The translations under genes and the position numbers were made by a program. Shown piece after piece: positions 10,394-19,570 of a DNA stretch of 54,854 bases. The stretch's first letter is position 1, and every line of letters starts with the position of its first letter. The DNA comes from Actinomycetota bacterium. Lineage in GTDB: Bacteria; Actinomycetota; Actinomycetes; Nanopelagicales; Nanopelagicaceae. The DNA lies in the NCBI GenBank assembly GCA_947505195.1, contig CANNIM010000001.1:1-54854 (forward strand), read 5' to 3'. The notes beneath the pieces are model-generated. The model ran no database searches. It was not told the DNA's origin and worked only from the letters and a program-made list of their open reading frames with translations.

Positions 10394-11366
10394 GTTGCCA
10401 CCTCTCTCCAAACCCAGTCTCCCAAATTTGTTCAATTCGCTTCTGCCACCAAATCTTACGGTCCGGAGCTGCAGAATACTTATTGATTAATTCTTCATCA
10501 GGCGCCGTTCTCTTGACCGTGATAGTGCCACCAGTTATTTCTATTTCTGGACTAACTACATCGCTCACAAATAGAGATGTAGTTGCAAGCCCACAATCAA
10601 AGTTAAGTTCTTTCTGACTTGCGGCTAAAGCAAGACCATATGAGATTCCGATTCCAGTATCAAGGGCGCTAGAAATTACTACCGGCAATCCAATTTTTTC
10701 TATTAAGTTGGTTGCCTCAACTATTCCACCAGATGGTGCCCATTTTATAATTGCAACATCAGCGTAATCTTTTGCACTAGAAAAATCGCTCTCGAGTCCT
10801 TTTCGAATTGATTCGTCAATTGCAATCTTCATCGGAATCTCTTTTTTCAACTTCACTAAATCAGCAATCTCCATACAAGGTTGCTCTATATATTCAAATA
10901 CTTTTCCAAATCGAAGGTAGTAGTTATAAAGGTTTAAAAGCGCAGTTTCTAAATCCCATCCGCCATTAACGTCGAGGCGAATCTTAAAATCAGGATTAAA
11001 GTCCAGCGCTGCTTCGACTAAGTAACTATCGCTTTCAAAATCATCAACTTTAATCTTTACCGTCTTTGCGCCAGGAAATCTCTGCAGTATTTCATTGACT
11101 CGATTGATTTCTACTTTTGGAAGTGTCGCATTTATTCCTACGGAATTTCGCATTAGTTCGGGCCAAGGTTTATAGGCACCTTCGAGTGCAGCAACTAGCC
11201 AAGGTTCTGATTCATCAGTGTTGTATTCAGTAAATGGTGAGAATTCACTCCAGCCGGCCGGCCCACGAAATAGCGCGGCTTCTCTTACGTTTACGCCCCG
11301 GAAATTCGTGCGCATTGGAATGGCGACAACAGTTAGATCATTGAAGATCTCAGCTAAGTGCCACAT
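10386..11366 (-). CDS. menC: o-succinylbenzoate synthase
   Basis: GWSEFSPF, VKIKV, RLDVNGGW, YIEQP, AIDESIR, VISSALDT. Confidence 0.92.
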   Translation of the reverse strand: MWHLAEIFNDLTVVAIPMRTNFRGVNVREAALFRGPAGWSEFSPFTEYNTDESEPWLVAALEGAYKPWPELMRNSVGINATLPKVEINRVNEILQRFPGAKTVKIKVDDFESDSYLVEAALDFNPDFKIRLDVNGGWDLETALLNLYNYYLRFGKVFEYIEQPCMEIADLVKLKKEIPMKIAIDESIRKGLESDFSSAKDYADVAIIKWAPSGGIVEATNLIEKIGLPVVISSALDTGIGISYGLALAASQKELNFDCGLATTSLFVSDVVSPEIEITGGTITVKRTAPDEELINKYSAAPDRKIWWQKRIEQIWETGFGERWQHE

Positions 11367-11373
11367 GTCTTAA

Positions 11374-12252
11374 CTAAGGGCGCTTTGGAAACTTATCAAA
11401 GTTTGGTTCTCGTCCCTCTTTAAATGCATCACGGCCCTCTTGACCTTCCTCGGTCATATAAAACAAGAGCGTTGCATCGCCAGCAAGTTGTTGCACGCCA
11501 GCAAGTCCATCATCTGCAGCATTTAATCCGGCTTTCAATAATCTAAGTGCCATCGGTGAGTGTCTTAACATTTCGCGGCACCAAGAAACAGTTTCTGCTT
11601 CAAGCTCTGAAACTGGAACGACTGTGTTTACGAGTCCCATTTCAAGTGCTTCATTAGCATCGTACTGTCGGCATAGGAACCAAATCTCGCGTGCTTTTTT
11701 CTGACCGATATGCGCTGCTAATAATCCTGCGCCATATCCACCATCGAATGAGCCAACCATTGGACCGGTCTGGCCAAATTTTGCATTGTCAGCAGCGATA
11801 GTTAAGTCACAAACAACATGCAGTACATGTCCGCCGCCAACTGCCCATCCAGCAACCATTGCAACAACTGGTTTTGGCAATCTGCGAATTTGAATTTGTA
11901 GATCTAAAACATTTAGTCGGCCTATACCTTTTTTCGCAAGTGGATCGTTGCCTAGGTAACCGTCGTCACCACGAACATTAATGTCACCACCAGAACAGAA
12001 CGCTTCACTTCCTGCACCAGTAAAAATTATTACTCCGACAGAGTCGTCATCACGTGCTAGTGAAAAAGCGCCTTGTAATTCAAATAGTGTTTGTGGACGG
12101 AATGCATTCCGTACTTCTGGGCGATTTATAGTTATCTTTGCAATACCTTCAGCAACTTCATAAATTATGTCTGAAAAGGCCTCGCCACCAAGGCCGGTAC
12201 TCCATTTTGGAATCGTCCGACTTCCTGGCTCCCGCTTAAAAGGTTTGCTCAC
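11374..12252 (-). CDS. menB: 1,4-dihydroxy-2-naphthoyl-CoA synthase
   Basis: [47 protein letters not shown]; SD GGAGG. Confidence 0.96.
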   Translation of the reverse strand: MSKPFKREPGSRTIPKWSTGLGGEAFSDIIYEVAEGIAKITINRPEVRNAFRPQTLFELQGAFSLARDDDSVGVIIFTGAGSEAFCSGGDINVRGDDGYLGNDPLAKKGIGRLNVLDLQIQIRRLPKPVVAMVAGWAVGGGHVLHVVCDLTIAADNAKFGQTGPMVGSFDGGYGAGLLAAHIGQKKAREIWFLCRQYDANEALEMGLVNTVVPVSELEAETVSWCREMLRHSPMALRLLKAGLNAADDGLAGVQQLAGDATLLFYMTEEGQEGRDAFKEGREPNFDKFPKRP

Positions 12253-12291
12253 ATTTCCTCCTACAAAATATATGGATAGCCTACGGGTGTC

Positions 12292-13305
12292 ATGAAAACT
12301 TCGGTAATTGATCTCGGGCTCCAGCCATCAAACCTTGAGCTGACCCAAGCCCTAGCTACCGCTTTTAGCCAAGTTGAGCCATCTCTGGTCATCATAAACA
12401 CGACAGGCTCCTCTGGAGTTAATAAAAAAGTAGAACTTTCGACAGAAGCGATTTCAAAATCTGCCGAGTTAGCAAATGCTGCGGTCGGCGCCAAACTCGG
12501 TGATATTTGGTCACTCTTACTTCCAACTAATCACATTGCAGGTTTAAATGTTCTGGCACGAGCAATAAAACTTGGAACCGAAGTTGTTGGTGTTGAAGCC
12601 CGGGCTGATTTCACAGCGATAGTTCCAACCCAATTGCATAGAGCGCTTACCGAAGATCTAAAATTGTTAGAACACTTACAAAATTGTAAAGCTGTTTTAG
12701 TTGGAGGCGCTGCAGTTGACGGTTCACTACTTGAAGCTGCAAAATCAAAGGCAATTACACTTTTCACTACTTATGGAATGACTGAAACTTCCGGTGGGTG
12801 CGTTTACAACAATGTTGCGCTTCCCGGTGTATTGGTGGAGTTAACAGATTCAGGTCTCATAAAGATTAAGGGTCCGACACTTGCTAGCGGATATCAAGAT
12901 CAAGAAGCGCTCTGGCTAGAGAACTTTTTAGATGGCTGGTTTATCACAAGTGATCTTGGCGAGATAAAAGATGGAAAGATATTTGTGGTTGGGCGCGCTG
13001 ATGATGTCATAATTTCTGGTGGTGAAAATATTTCATTAGCTGCAATTGAATCTGAACTTGTGCGTAATTTTCCAGAAGTTAATTTCCTTGCAACTTCAGT
13101 CCCTGATGCCGAATGGGGCCAGAAACTCTGCCTACTTTCTGATATCAATATCGACCAGGTGAAAATATCTAGCGTTTTGCAGAATAAATTTGGAAGAGCC
13201 TCTGTTCCAAAAGAATTTTTAGTAGTTAAAGAAATACCGCTGATTGGAATTGGCAAGCCAGACCGTGTCAAAGCCAGCGCGCTAATCATTAATGCGCAAA
13301 GATAA
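12292..13305 (+). CDS. menE: o-succinylbenzoate-CoA ligase (compact)
   Basis: TTGSSG AMP-binding loop, [29 protein letters not shown]; men context. Confidence 0.85.
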   Translation: MKTSVIDLGLQPSNLELTQALATAFSQVEPSLVIINTTGSSGVNKKVELSTEAISKSAELANAAVGAKLGDIWSLLLPTNHIAGLNVLARAIKLGTEVVGVEARADFTAIVPTQLHRALTEDLKLLEHLQNCKAVLVGGAAVDGSLLEAAKSKAITLFTTYGMTETSGGCVYNNVALPGVLVELTDSGLIKIKGPTLASGYQDQEALWLENFLDGWFITSDLGEIKDGKIFVVGRADDVIISGGENISLAAIESELVRNFPEVNFLATSVPDAEWGQKLCLLSDINIDQVKISSVLQNKFGRASVPKEFLVVKEIPLIGIGKPDRVKASALIINAQR

Positions 13306-13309
13306 CCAG

Positions 13310-14173
13310 ATGAATCTTTGGATTGCAGGTGCTCGCCCGCGCACACTCCCTGCAGCGATTGCCCCGGTTCTAATTGGAACAGCGCTAATTAACGCTGATG
13401 GTCAAGCAATTAATTGGGTAAATGCCTTCTTGGCATTGGCTGTTGGTTTGTTGCTACAAATTGCAGTGAATTATTCAAATGATTATTCTGATGGAATTCG
13501 TGGAACTGATGAAGTTCGGGTTGGTCCTATTCGCCTTGTTGCCAGCGGATTGAAAGCACCATTACAAGTTAAACGAGCCGCAATTTTGACTTATTTATTT
13601 GCTGCAATAGCTGGTCTCTTTCTCTCGCTTCGAACTTCGCTTTTACTAATCATTGTTGGAGCAGTTGCCATTGTTGCGGCCTGGAAATACACCGGCGGAA
13701 AGAACCCTTATGGTTATAAAGGATTCGGCGAAATTTCAGTCTTTATCTTCTTTGGTTTAGTTGCGACTATGGGCTCTTACTTTGCTCAGTCAGAGCGAAT
13801 AACTTGGCAATCGCTCCTGCTATCTATTCCTATGGGCGCGCTCTCCTGCGTGATTCTTGGTTTAAATAATCTGCGGGATCGACCAAAAGATGAACTGGTA
13901 GGCAAGCAAACACTCGCCGTAAGACTTGGTGATGCAAAGGCCCGGAAGTTAATAATCGCCCTACTTTTACTCTCACTTCTATGCTCTCTTGCAGCAGCGG
14001 CCATCACGCCATGGGCACTGCTTGTTTTGGCCACGCTCCCACTTCAATTTAAATTGCTAAAAGGAATCAATGGCGGGGCATCAGGTCCAGCACTTATTCC
14101 TCTCCTAGGTAAAACTGGTGAGCTTCAATTGCTCACATCACTGTTGATAACGCTCGCACTATCTTTAACATAG
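13310..14173 (+). CDS. menA: 1,4-dihydroxy-2-naphthoate polyprenyltransferase
   Basis: GARPRTLPAA, NYSNDYSDGIRGTD, YTGG, NNLRD, KQTLAVRLG. Start ATG 13310 preferred (13292 possible). Confidence 0.94.
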   Translation: MNLWIAGARPRTLPAAIAPVLIGTALINADGQAINWVNAFLALAVGLLLQIAVNYSNDYSDGIRGTDEVRVGPIRLVASGLKAPLQVKRAAILTYLFAAIAGLFLSLRTSLLLIIVGAVAIVAAWKYTGGKNPYGYKGFGEISVFIFFGLVATMGSYFAQSERITWQSLLLSIPMGALSCVILGLNNLRDRPKDELVGKQTLAVRLGDAKARKLIIALLLLSLLCSLAAAAITPWALLVLATLPLQFKLLKGINGGASGPALIPLLGKTGELQLLTSLLITLALSLT

Positions 14174-14188
14174 GTTTAAACTTCGACT

Positions 14189-14443
14189 ATGCGCTTATTA
14201 CTCACTCTCTTAGTTCTCGCCCTCTCTTTTTACGCTTTCTTCGATTGCGCTAGAACTCCACAAGAAGAGGTTTTGAAATTACCTAAGTGGGCCTGGCTCT
14301 TATTAATATTTTTATTCTCATCACTTGGCGCAATTCTCTGGTTCGTAATTGGAAGACCAAAGCGAAATCCTGGCCCTGGTCGCCCTGGGCGCGGAAGAAT
14401 TATTCCTCCTGACGATGATCCAGATTTCTTGCGCAAGCTTTAG
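14189..14443 (+). CDS. Small membrane protein, PLD nuclease N-terminal (PLDc_N)-like
   Basis: Two TM segments, LPKWAW, C-terminal PPDDDPDFL motif typical of this actinobacterial family; TAAACT 6 nt before ATG. Confidence 0.8.
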   Translation: MRLLLTLLVLALSFYAFFDCARTPQEEVLKLPKWAWLLLIFLFSSLGAILWFVIGRPKRNPGPGRPGRGRIIPPDDDPDFLRKL

Positions 14444-14506
14444 AGCCCGCTAGCTACCTAGAGCCCGCTAGCTACCTAGAGCCCGCTAGCTACCTAGAGC
14501 CCGCTA
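14441..14506. repeat. 18-bp tandem repeat TAGAGCCCGCTAGCTACC, 3 full copies plus a 12-bp partial copy
   Basis: Exact copies at 14441, 14459 and 14477; partial copy at 14495-14506. Confidence 0.97.
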
Positions 14507-15384
14507 TAAGTATGTTTTCCACTTCCCCAGATATTTACATAAACATAATTAAATAAGAATGTTGATCCGGCAAATAAACATAACCAAGCAGCCTTACGAC
14601 CGCGCCACCCAATCGTTACGCGGGCATGTAAATAAGCCGCATAGGCAACCCAAGTAATGAATGCCCAAACCTCTTTAGGATCCCAACCCCAGTAACGACC
14701 CCAAGCTGCTTCAGCCCAAATCGCTCCAGCGATAACAGCAAATGTCCAAAGTGGAAATACAAATGCAACTAAGCGATAAGTAAGTTGATCCAATACATCT
14801 AGTGAAGGTAATTTCAGCGCCCATTCAGGTCGTCCACTAGTTGATTCATACCGATCTAAAAATAAATAGGTTGCAGCAATGCAATTTGCAAGTAAGAAAA
14901 CTCCGCCAGAAATAATTGCAGCAGCGACGTGAATTACAAGCCAAGTTGATTTAAGAGCCGGAACAAGTGGAGCGCTTGGTACATAAAAAAGGGTGATTGC
15001 AGTTCCAAGAGTCAGTAGGACTGCGATTGAGACTGGAAGTCCAAGCCACCTAATTTTATATTTCCAAAGAACAAAAATATATGCACCGGTGAATGCGAGA
15101 GCGCCTGTAATTGAGAACTCATACATATTTCCCCAAGGCACGCGATTTGCTGAAACTCCGCGCAGAATTACAGCCGCAAAGAGAAATACAAATCCCAGAA
15201 CCATCATTACAGTTCCGATATCACCACTTTTTTTGGTGCGAACAAAATCAAATTTAGTTTTTTCTTCTACGTTTTTAACCGAGAACGCAACTTCAACGGC
15301 ATGTGCAAGGAATGCAATAGCAAATAGCGCCATGGCTGAATAAACTCCATAGTTTGAGAGGTATGCATAATCATTTGAACTCAC
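14494..15384 (-). CDS. ccsB: Cytochrome c biogenesis protein CcsB/ResC (system II, WWD domain)
   Basis: PWGNMYEF, WLVIHV, WAEAAWGRYWGWDPKEVW, HTYSG. Confidence 0.93.
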   Translation of the reverse strand: MSSNDYAYLSNYGVYSAMALFAIAFLAHAVEVAFSVKNVEEKTKFDFVRTKKSGDIGTVMMVLGFVFLFAAVILRGVSANRVPWGNMYEFSITGALAFTGAYIFVLWKYKIRWLGLPVSIAVLLTLGTAITLFYVPSAPLVPALKSTWLVIHVAAAIISGGVFLLANCIAATYLFLDRYESTSGRPEWALKLPSLDVLDQLTYRLVAFVFPLWTFAVIAGAIWAEAAWGRYWGWDPKEVWAFITWVAYAAYLHARVTIGWRGRKAAWLCLFAGSTFLFNYVYVNIWGSGKHTYSGL

Positions 15385-15388
15385 GGGG

Positions 15389-16846
15389 CTAGCCTCTCAT
15401 TTCCTTTACGAGCGATGCAATTTCTAATTCCAAACCTGGCGCTGAATTCTTTGCTAATCCAGCAACTTCAATACCCGATTTATCAACGTTCTCTTTAACC
15501 CAAATGCGACGCGATCTTGTGAAGAGCGACATCAAAAGGCCAAGAATTGCGAGGATGGAACCAAGCAATGCATATATCTTGCCTGGGTCTTTAACTATTT
15601 GCAGGTTGACCCATGGCGTCCATCCTTCAAGTGTGATTGAGCCCTCACCAAAATTATAAGTTTCATTCAATTTCAAAGTCTTCAATCCGATTCGCTCCAT
15701 ATCCGATGTATCGAGGCGATAAACAGATTGTGGAATTCCTGAATCAAGGCCTAAGTCACCAATCCATATCGAAACAAGTAAACGTGGATCTAAGACTTCA
15801 GGATAAGTTGAGAAAGCTCCACGCTCAGAATTACGAGCAAAAGTTGGAACAAATGATCCAATCAGACCCACTTGTGGCTCCATATCCGGAACTTTTATTG
15901 CGCCAATTGAAGTTAAATTTCCATCTTGTGGCAAGAAGATTACTGCTCCCTGGTATTTCACTTCACCAGATTTATCTCGAACCGTTACTAAAGGCGAATA
16001 TCCATTGGCTTGTAAATAAACTTTAGTGCTGCCGAATGTTAATGGCGAATTTACTCTGACAATTTTCGATACCTCTTTTGAGCCAACTGGATCGGCGACA
16101 TTAACCGTTAGTTTGTAATCACTTGGTGCACCAGTTATTAAGTCATAAGTTGCTTTGAAATCTGTAGCTGTAATAGCGAAAGGATTCAAGGTTTTCTCTG
16201 TTTGTAATTTGCCAAATGACATAACATCGTAAGAGGTTGGGATATTTATAAATCTTTCGCCAACATTTATTATGGCGTCACCCTTCATTCCAAATAGCGA
16301 CCCAATGCCAACTCCTACCAAGATTAAAACTAGTGAGAGATGGAATAGCAGGTTTCCGGTTTCGCGCATGAAACCTTTCTCAGCAGAAATTGAGCCGCTC
16401 TCGCGTCTAATACGAAAGTGGTGTTTCTTAAACCAGATTTCTGCCTGATCTAGCGTGCCAAGATTAGATTCGGTATGAAACTCCATTCGATTTAAATTCT
16501 TAGGAGTAAGAGGTGGCTTTGCACCGATTCCTTTTAAGTGCTCGAAAGTTCTTGGAAGTACACACCCGATTAGCGAAATAAATAACAGGATATATATGGC
16601 GCTAAACCAGGGAGAGCTATAAACATCGAACATATAAAGTTGATCTAAGAACTTTGCGCTACCTGGGTAATTCTTAAAGTAATCGTTAACTTTTAGTGGA
16701 TTCTGAGAGCGTTGCGGAAAAATAGAGCCCGGGATTGAAGCAATACCTAGGAGTAAAAGCAGGATGAGTGCCGTGCGCATGCTGGTTAGTTGGCGCCATA
16801 ACCAACGCAGAGAAGAACGGGTATCGAGCTCTGTAGAAATAGACAC
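15389..16846 (-). CDS. resB: Cytochrome c biogenesis protein ResB
   Basis: LTSMRTAL, PGSIFPQR, DVYSSPWF, ETGNLLFHL. Confidence 0.92.
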   Translation of the reverse strand: MSISTELDTRSSLRWLWRQLTSMRTALILLLLLGIASIPGSIFPQRSQNPLKVNDYFKNYPGSAKFLDQLYMFDVYSSPWFSAIYILLFISLIGCVLPRTFEHLKGIGAKPPLTPKNLNRMEFHTESNLGTLDQAEIWFKKHHFRIRRESGSISAEKGFMRETGNLLFHLSLVLILVGVGIGSLFGMKGDAIINVGERFINIPTSYDVMSFGKLQTEKTLNPFAITATDFKATYDLITGAPSDYKLTVNVADPVGSKEVSKIVRVNSPLTFGSTKVYLQANGYSPLVTVRDKSGEVKYQGAVIFLPQDGNLTSIGAIKVPDMEPQVGLIGSFVPTFARNSERGAFSTYPEVLDPRLLVSIWIGDLGLDSGIPQSVYRLDTSDMERIGLKTLKLNETYNFGEGSITLEGWTPWVNLQIVKDPGKIYALLGSILAILGLLMSLFTRSRRIWVKENVDKSGIEVAGLAKNSAPGLELEIASLVKEMRG

Positions 16847-17578
16847 TTAGACCACTGGCACAAAATCTGAGATAAATCCGCGCAGAGAATTCATAACTTC
16901 AGCCCATAAGCCAGTCACTTGAAGAATTCCGATAAGAATCAAGAAAATTCCACCGATTAAAGTTAGATGGTTTCCATGACGGGAGATAAATTTTCTTAGT
17001 CGATTAGATTTATCGAAAAATACTCCAACAAGAATAAATGGAATTCCAAGGCCTAAGCAATAAGCAAAACTCAAAATAGCGCCGCGCAGTGCACTTGATT
17101 CCTGGAATGAAAGTGTTTGAACTGCCCCAAGAGTTGGCCCAATGCAAGGCGTCCAGCCAACTCCAAATAAGAATCCAAGAATTGGAGCGCCGGCAAGTCC
17201 AGCTCGAACTTTCCAAACCGGTTTGAATGATCGATAAAACTTCTGATTGAAGAGAAAAATTACGCCCATAGCAATTGTAATTAAACCCAGAATTACCGAA
17301 ACAACTTCTGAGTTACTAGAAATTGTTGAACCGAGAGAGCCAAAAAGTGCACCATATGAGATGAATAGAACTGAGAACCCAAGAACAAAGAGCAAAGATC
17401 CGAGCGCCGCTCTGCCTCTGCTACGTACTTCTGCCATTCCTGCTGCGTAAGACAAGTAGCCGGGAACCAGTGGAAGTATGCATGGCGAGGCGAAGGAAAT
17501 TAATCCAGCAATCATTGCAATCAGCGAGGCAATCAGTAAGTTGCCATCGAAAACAATGTCTACGAAAAAATCAAACAT
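16847..17578 (-). CDS. ccdA: Cytochrome c biogenesis protein CcdA
   Basis: SPCILPLVPGY and WTPCIGP conserved cysteines. Confidence 0.93.
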   Translation of the reverse strand: MFDFFVDIVFDGNLLIASLIAMIAGLISFASPCILPLVPGYLSYAAGMAEVRSRGRAALGSLLFVLGFSVLFISYGALFGSLGSTISSNSEVVSVILGLITIAMGVIFLFNQKFYRSFKPVWKVRAGLAGAPILGFLFGVGWTPCIGPTLGAVQTLSFQESSALRGAILSFAYCLGLGIPFILVGVFFDKSNRLRKFISRHGNHLTLIGGIFLILIGILQVTGLWAEVMNSLRGFISDFVPVV

Positions 17579-18119
17579 TGACTTGGCCTCCAGATACTTT
17601 CTCTAAAAGTTCGCGCATTAGTGAGACCGTTACCTGACCACTTATTCGAGCAGCGACGCGACCTTTAGCATCAATAATCAGGGTTGTCGGAATTGCATTT
17701 GCTGGGAGTGAGCCTCTAAAGCTAGCAATTACTGCATCATCAATTAACGTCGGGAAAGCTAAATCAAATCTATTTACGAAACTTATAGCTGAACTTAAAT
17801 TATCTCGGGTTAATATCCCAACAAATTGTATTTCTGGGTTCTTTGAGGCAAAGGTCGAAAGAATTGGGGCCTCGGCCCGACACGGTGAACACCAAGATGC
17901 CCAAACATTTACAACTGTCACTTTCCCAATTTCATAATTAAATCTTCCGCCTTCAAGAGTTTCACCTGATATGTCAGGAGCGATTTTGCGAAGAGGTTCT
18001 TTAATTAAAACGGCTGCGCCATTTCCAGATACATAGGATTTTTCGCTATCACTTGAAAGTCCACCAGTTGAGCATGAGGTTAGAAGTAGCGTTGTAGCGA
18101 GGGCTATTACCAACTTCAT
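17571..18119 (-). CDS. TlpA/ResA-family thiol-disulfide oxidoreductase lipoprotein
   Basis: Lipobox LLTSC, WASWCSPC, IPTT; in the ccs operon. Confidence 0.9.
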   Translation of the reverse strand: MKLVIALATTLLLTSCSTGGLSSDSEKSYVSGNGAAVLIKEPLRKIAPDISGETLEGGRFNYEIGKVTVVNVWASWCSPCRAEAPILSTFASKNPEIQFVGILTRDNLSSAISFVNRFDLAFPTLIDDAVIASFRGSLPANAIPTTLIIDAKGRVAARISGQVTVSLMRELLEKVSGGQVNV

Positions 18120-18736
18120 TTATTAGGGAGCAAATGTTTAGCGGGCTCGGTATAAGAAACGTTGTTAATCATTCCTTCATCATCTAAGTGCAGGGTGGTT
18201 ACGGATGCGAGGGTACAAATTCGTTTTCTTGGATCGTGCAACAATCTTCGACCTTCAACTGCAGATCGTAAAATCCAGATTGGTAATTGATGAGAAACCA
18301 CTAGTGCATCTCTTCCATCTGCTGCATCACGTGCCGCAAATACTGCAGCAAGCATTCTTTCAATCTGTTCTGTATATGGTTCGCCCCAGGAAGGTTTGGC
18401 AGGATTGCGAAGATGCCACCAGGATGCAGGATGTCTTAGTACGCCACTTCCTAATTCAAATTTCTTTCCTTCAAAGATATTCGCGGCTTCAATCAATTTT
18501 TCATCTGTTGTGATTTTCAAATTATGTTGTTTAGCAATTGGTGTCGCTGTTTCCTGAGCACGTTGCAATGGTGAAGCATGAATTGCGCCAAGATTTAGAT
18601 CTTTTGACCAATCCGCCACAGCCTGTGCCATCTCTTGACCTCGAGTGGAAAGTCGCCATCCTGGTTGGCGGCCGTAAAGAATTTTCTCGGGATTCTCGAC
18701 TTCTCCGTGTCGCAGTACGTGAATCGCTTGAACCAT
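18116..18736 (-). CDS. Histidine phosphatase family protein
   Basis: LRHGE, SPLQRAQET, VSHQLP; conserved neighbour of the ccs operon. Confidence 0.9.
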   Translation of the reverse strand: MVQAIHVLRHGEVENPEKILYGRQPGWRLSTRGQEMAQAVADWSKDLNLGAIHASPLQRAQETATPIAKQHNLKITTDEKLIEAANIFEGKKFELGSGVLRHPASWWHLRNPAKPSWGEPYTEQIERMLAAVFAARDAADGRDALVVSHQLPIWILRSAVEGRRLLHDPRKRICTLASVTTLHLDDEGMINNVSYTEPAKHLLPNK

Positions 18737-18770
18737 GAGGCAATCATAACTTGAACGCTAAGGTTCGGTA
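18737..18770. promoter_or_regulatory. Divergent leaderless promoter pair
   Basis: TATGAT (minus, 18743-18748) and TAAGGT (plus, 18759-18764), each exactly 6 nt from an ATG. Confidence 0.65.
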
Positions 18771-19529
18771 ATGACAAATCTTGGCAAACGGGTTGCCTTC
18801 TTCGATGTCGACAACACAATAATCCGTGGCTCAACGATCTTTTTTCTTGGTCGTGGCATGTACCAAAGAGGTTTTTTTAGCAAGCGCGATATTTCTGCCT
18901 TCGTTCTGGCGAATCTGAGGTATCGCTTAACGGGGGCTGAAAAACCGGAAGAGATTGCAAAGTTCCAGAACGCTGCCACTGAATTTATTGGGGGCCATAA
19001 CGTTAAAGAGATTGAAGCAATAGCATCTGAAATTTATGATGAATTTGTTTCACCAGCGCTTTGGCTCGGAACAATAGAAATTGCAAATCAACATCTTGCA
19101 AATAATGAAGAGGTCTGGCTTGTTACTGCGGCGCCACAAGATATGGCAGTTTTAATTGCAAAACGCTTAGGTTTCACTGGAGCACTTGGCAGTAAGGCTG
19201 AGGTCATTGATGGAAATTACACTGGAAAGATGAATGGCCTCTTATTGCACGGAAACCAGAAAGCAATTGCTGTTAGGGAGTTAGCATTGAGCGAAAACAT
19301 TGATCTAGCGAATTCCTATGCATACTCTGATAGCCACAATGATTTTCCACTCCTCACAGCAGTTGGAAATCCGGCAGCAATTAACCCAGATACTTTGTTA
19401 CAGATTCGCGCCATTCGCGAGAACTGGCCAATCCATGATTTTCGAAAAGCTCGAGCGTTAAAAGCAATTTTTGGTCCAGTACTCGCAAGATTTGCCGCGA
19501 TCTTGACCTTTCTATCCCCTAGAAGTTAG
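18771..19529 (+). CDS. HAD-IB family hydrolase (SerB-like)
   Basis: FFDVDNT motif I, VTA motif II, AYSDSHND motif IV. Confidence 0.88.
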   Translation: MTNLGKRVAFFDVDNTIIRGSTIFFLGRGMYQRGFFSKRDISAFVLANLRYRLTGAEKPEEIAKFQNAATEFIGGHNVKEIEAIASEIYDEFVSPALWLGTIEIANQHLANNEEVWLVTAAPQDMAVLIAKRLGFTGALGSKAEVIDGNYTGKMNGLLLHGNQKAIAVRELALSENIDLANSYAYSDSHNDFPLLTAVGNPAAINPDTLLQIRAIRENWPIHDFRKARALKAIFGPVLARFAAILTFLSPRS

Positions 19530-19570
19530 CGGTCGAGGGAGCATCTAAAACTCGGTAAAGTAGGTCAGTT

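Noticed and set aside
12292-13305. Short MenE with a deviant P-loop (TTGSSGVNK) considered as a pseudogene
   Set aside because: The frame is intact, all main adenylation motifs are present, and actinobacterial MenE proteins are compact
14441-14506. Tandem repeat considered as a CRISPR array
   Set aside because: No spacers, an 18-bp unit and no cas genes
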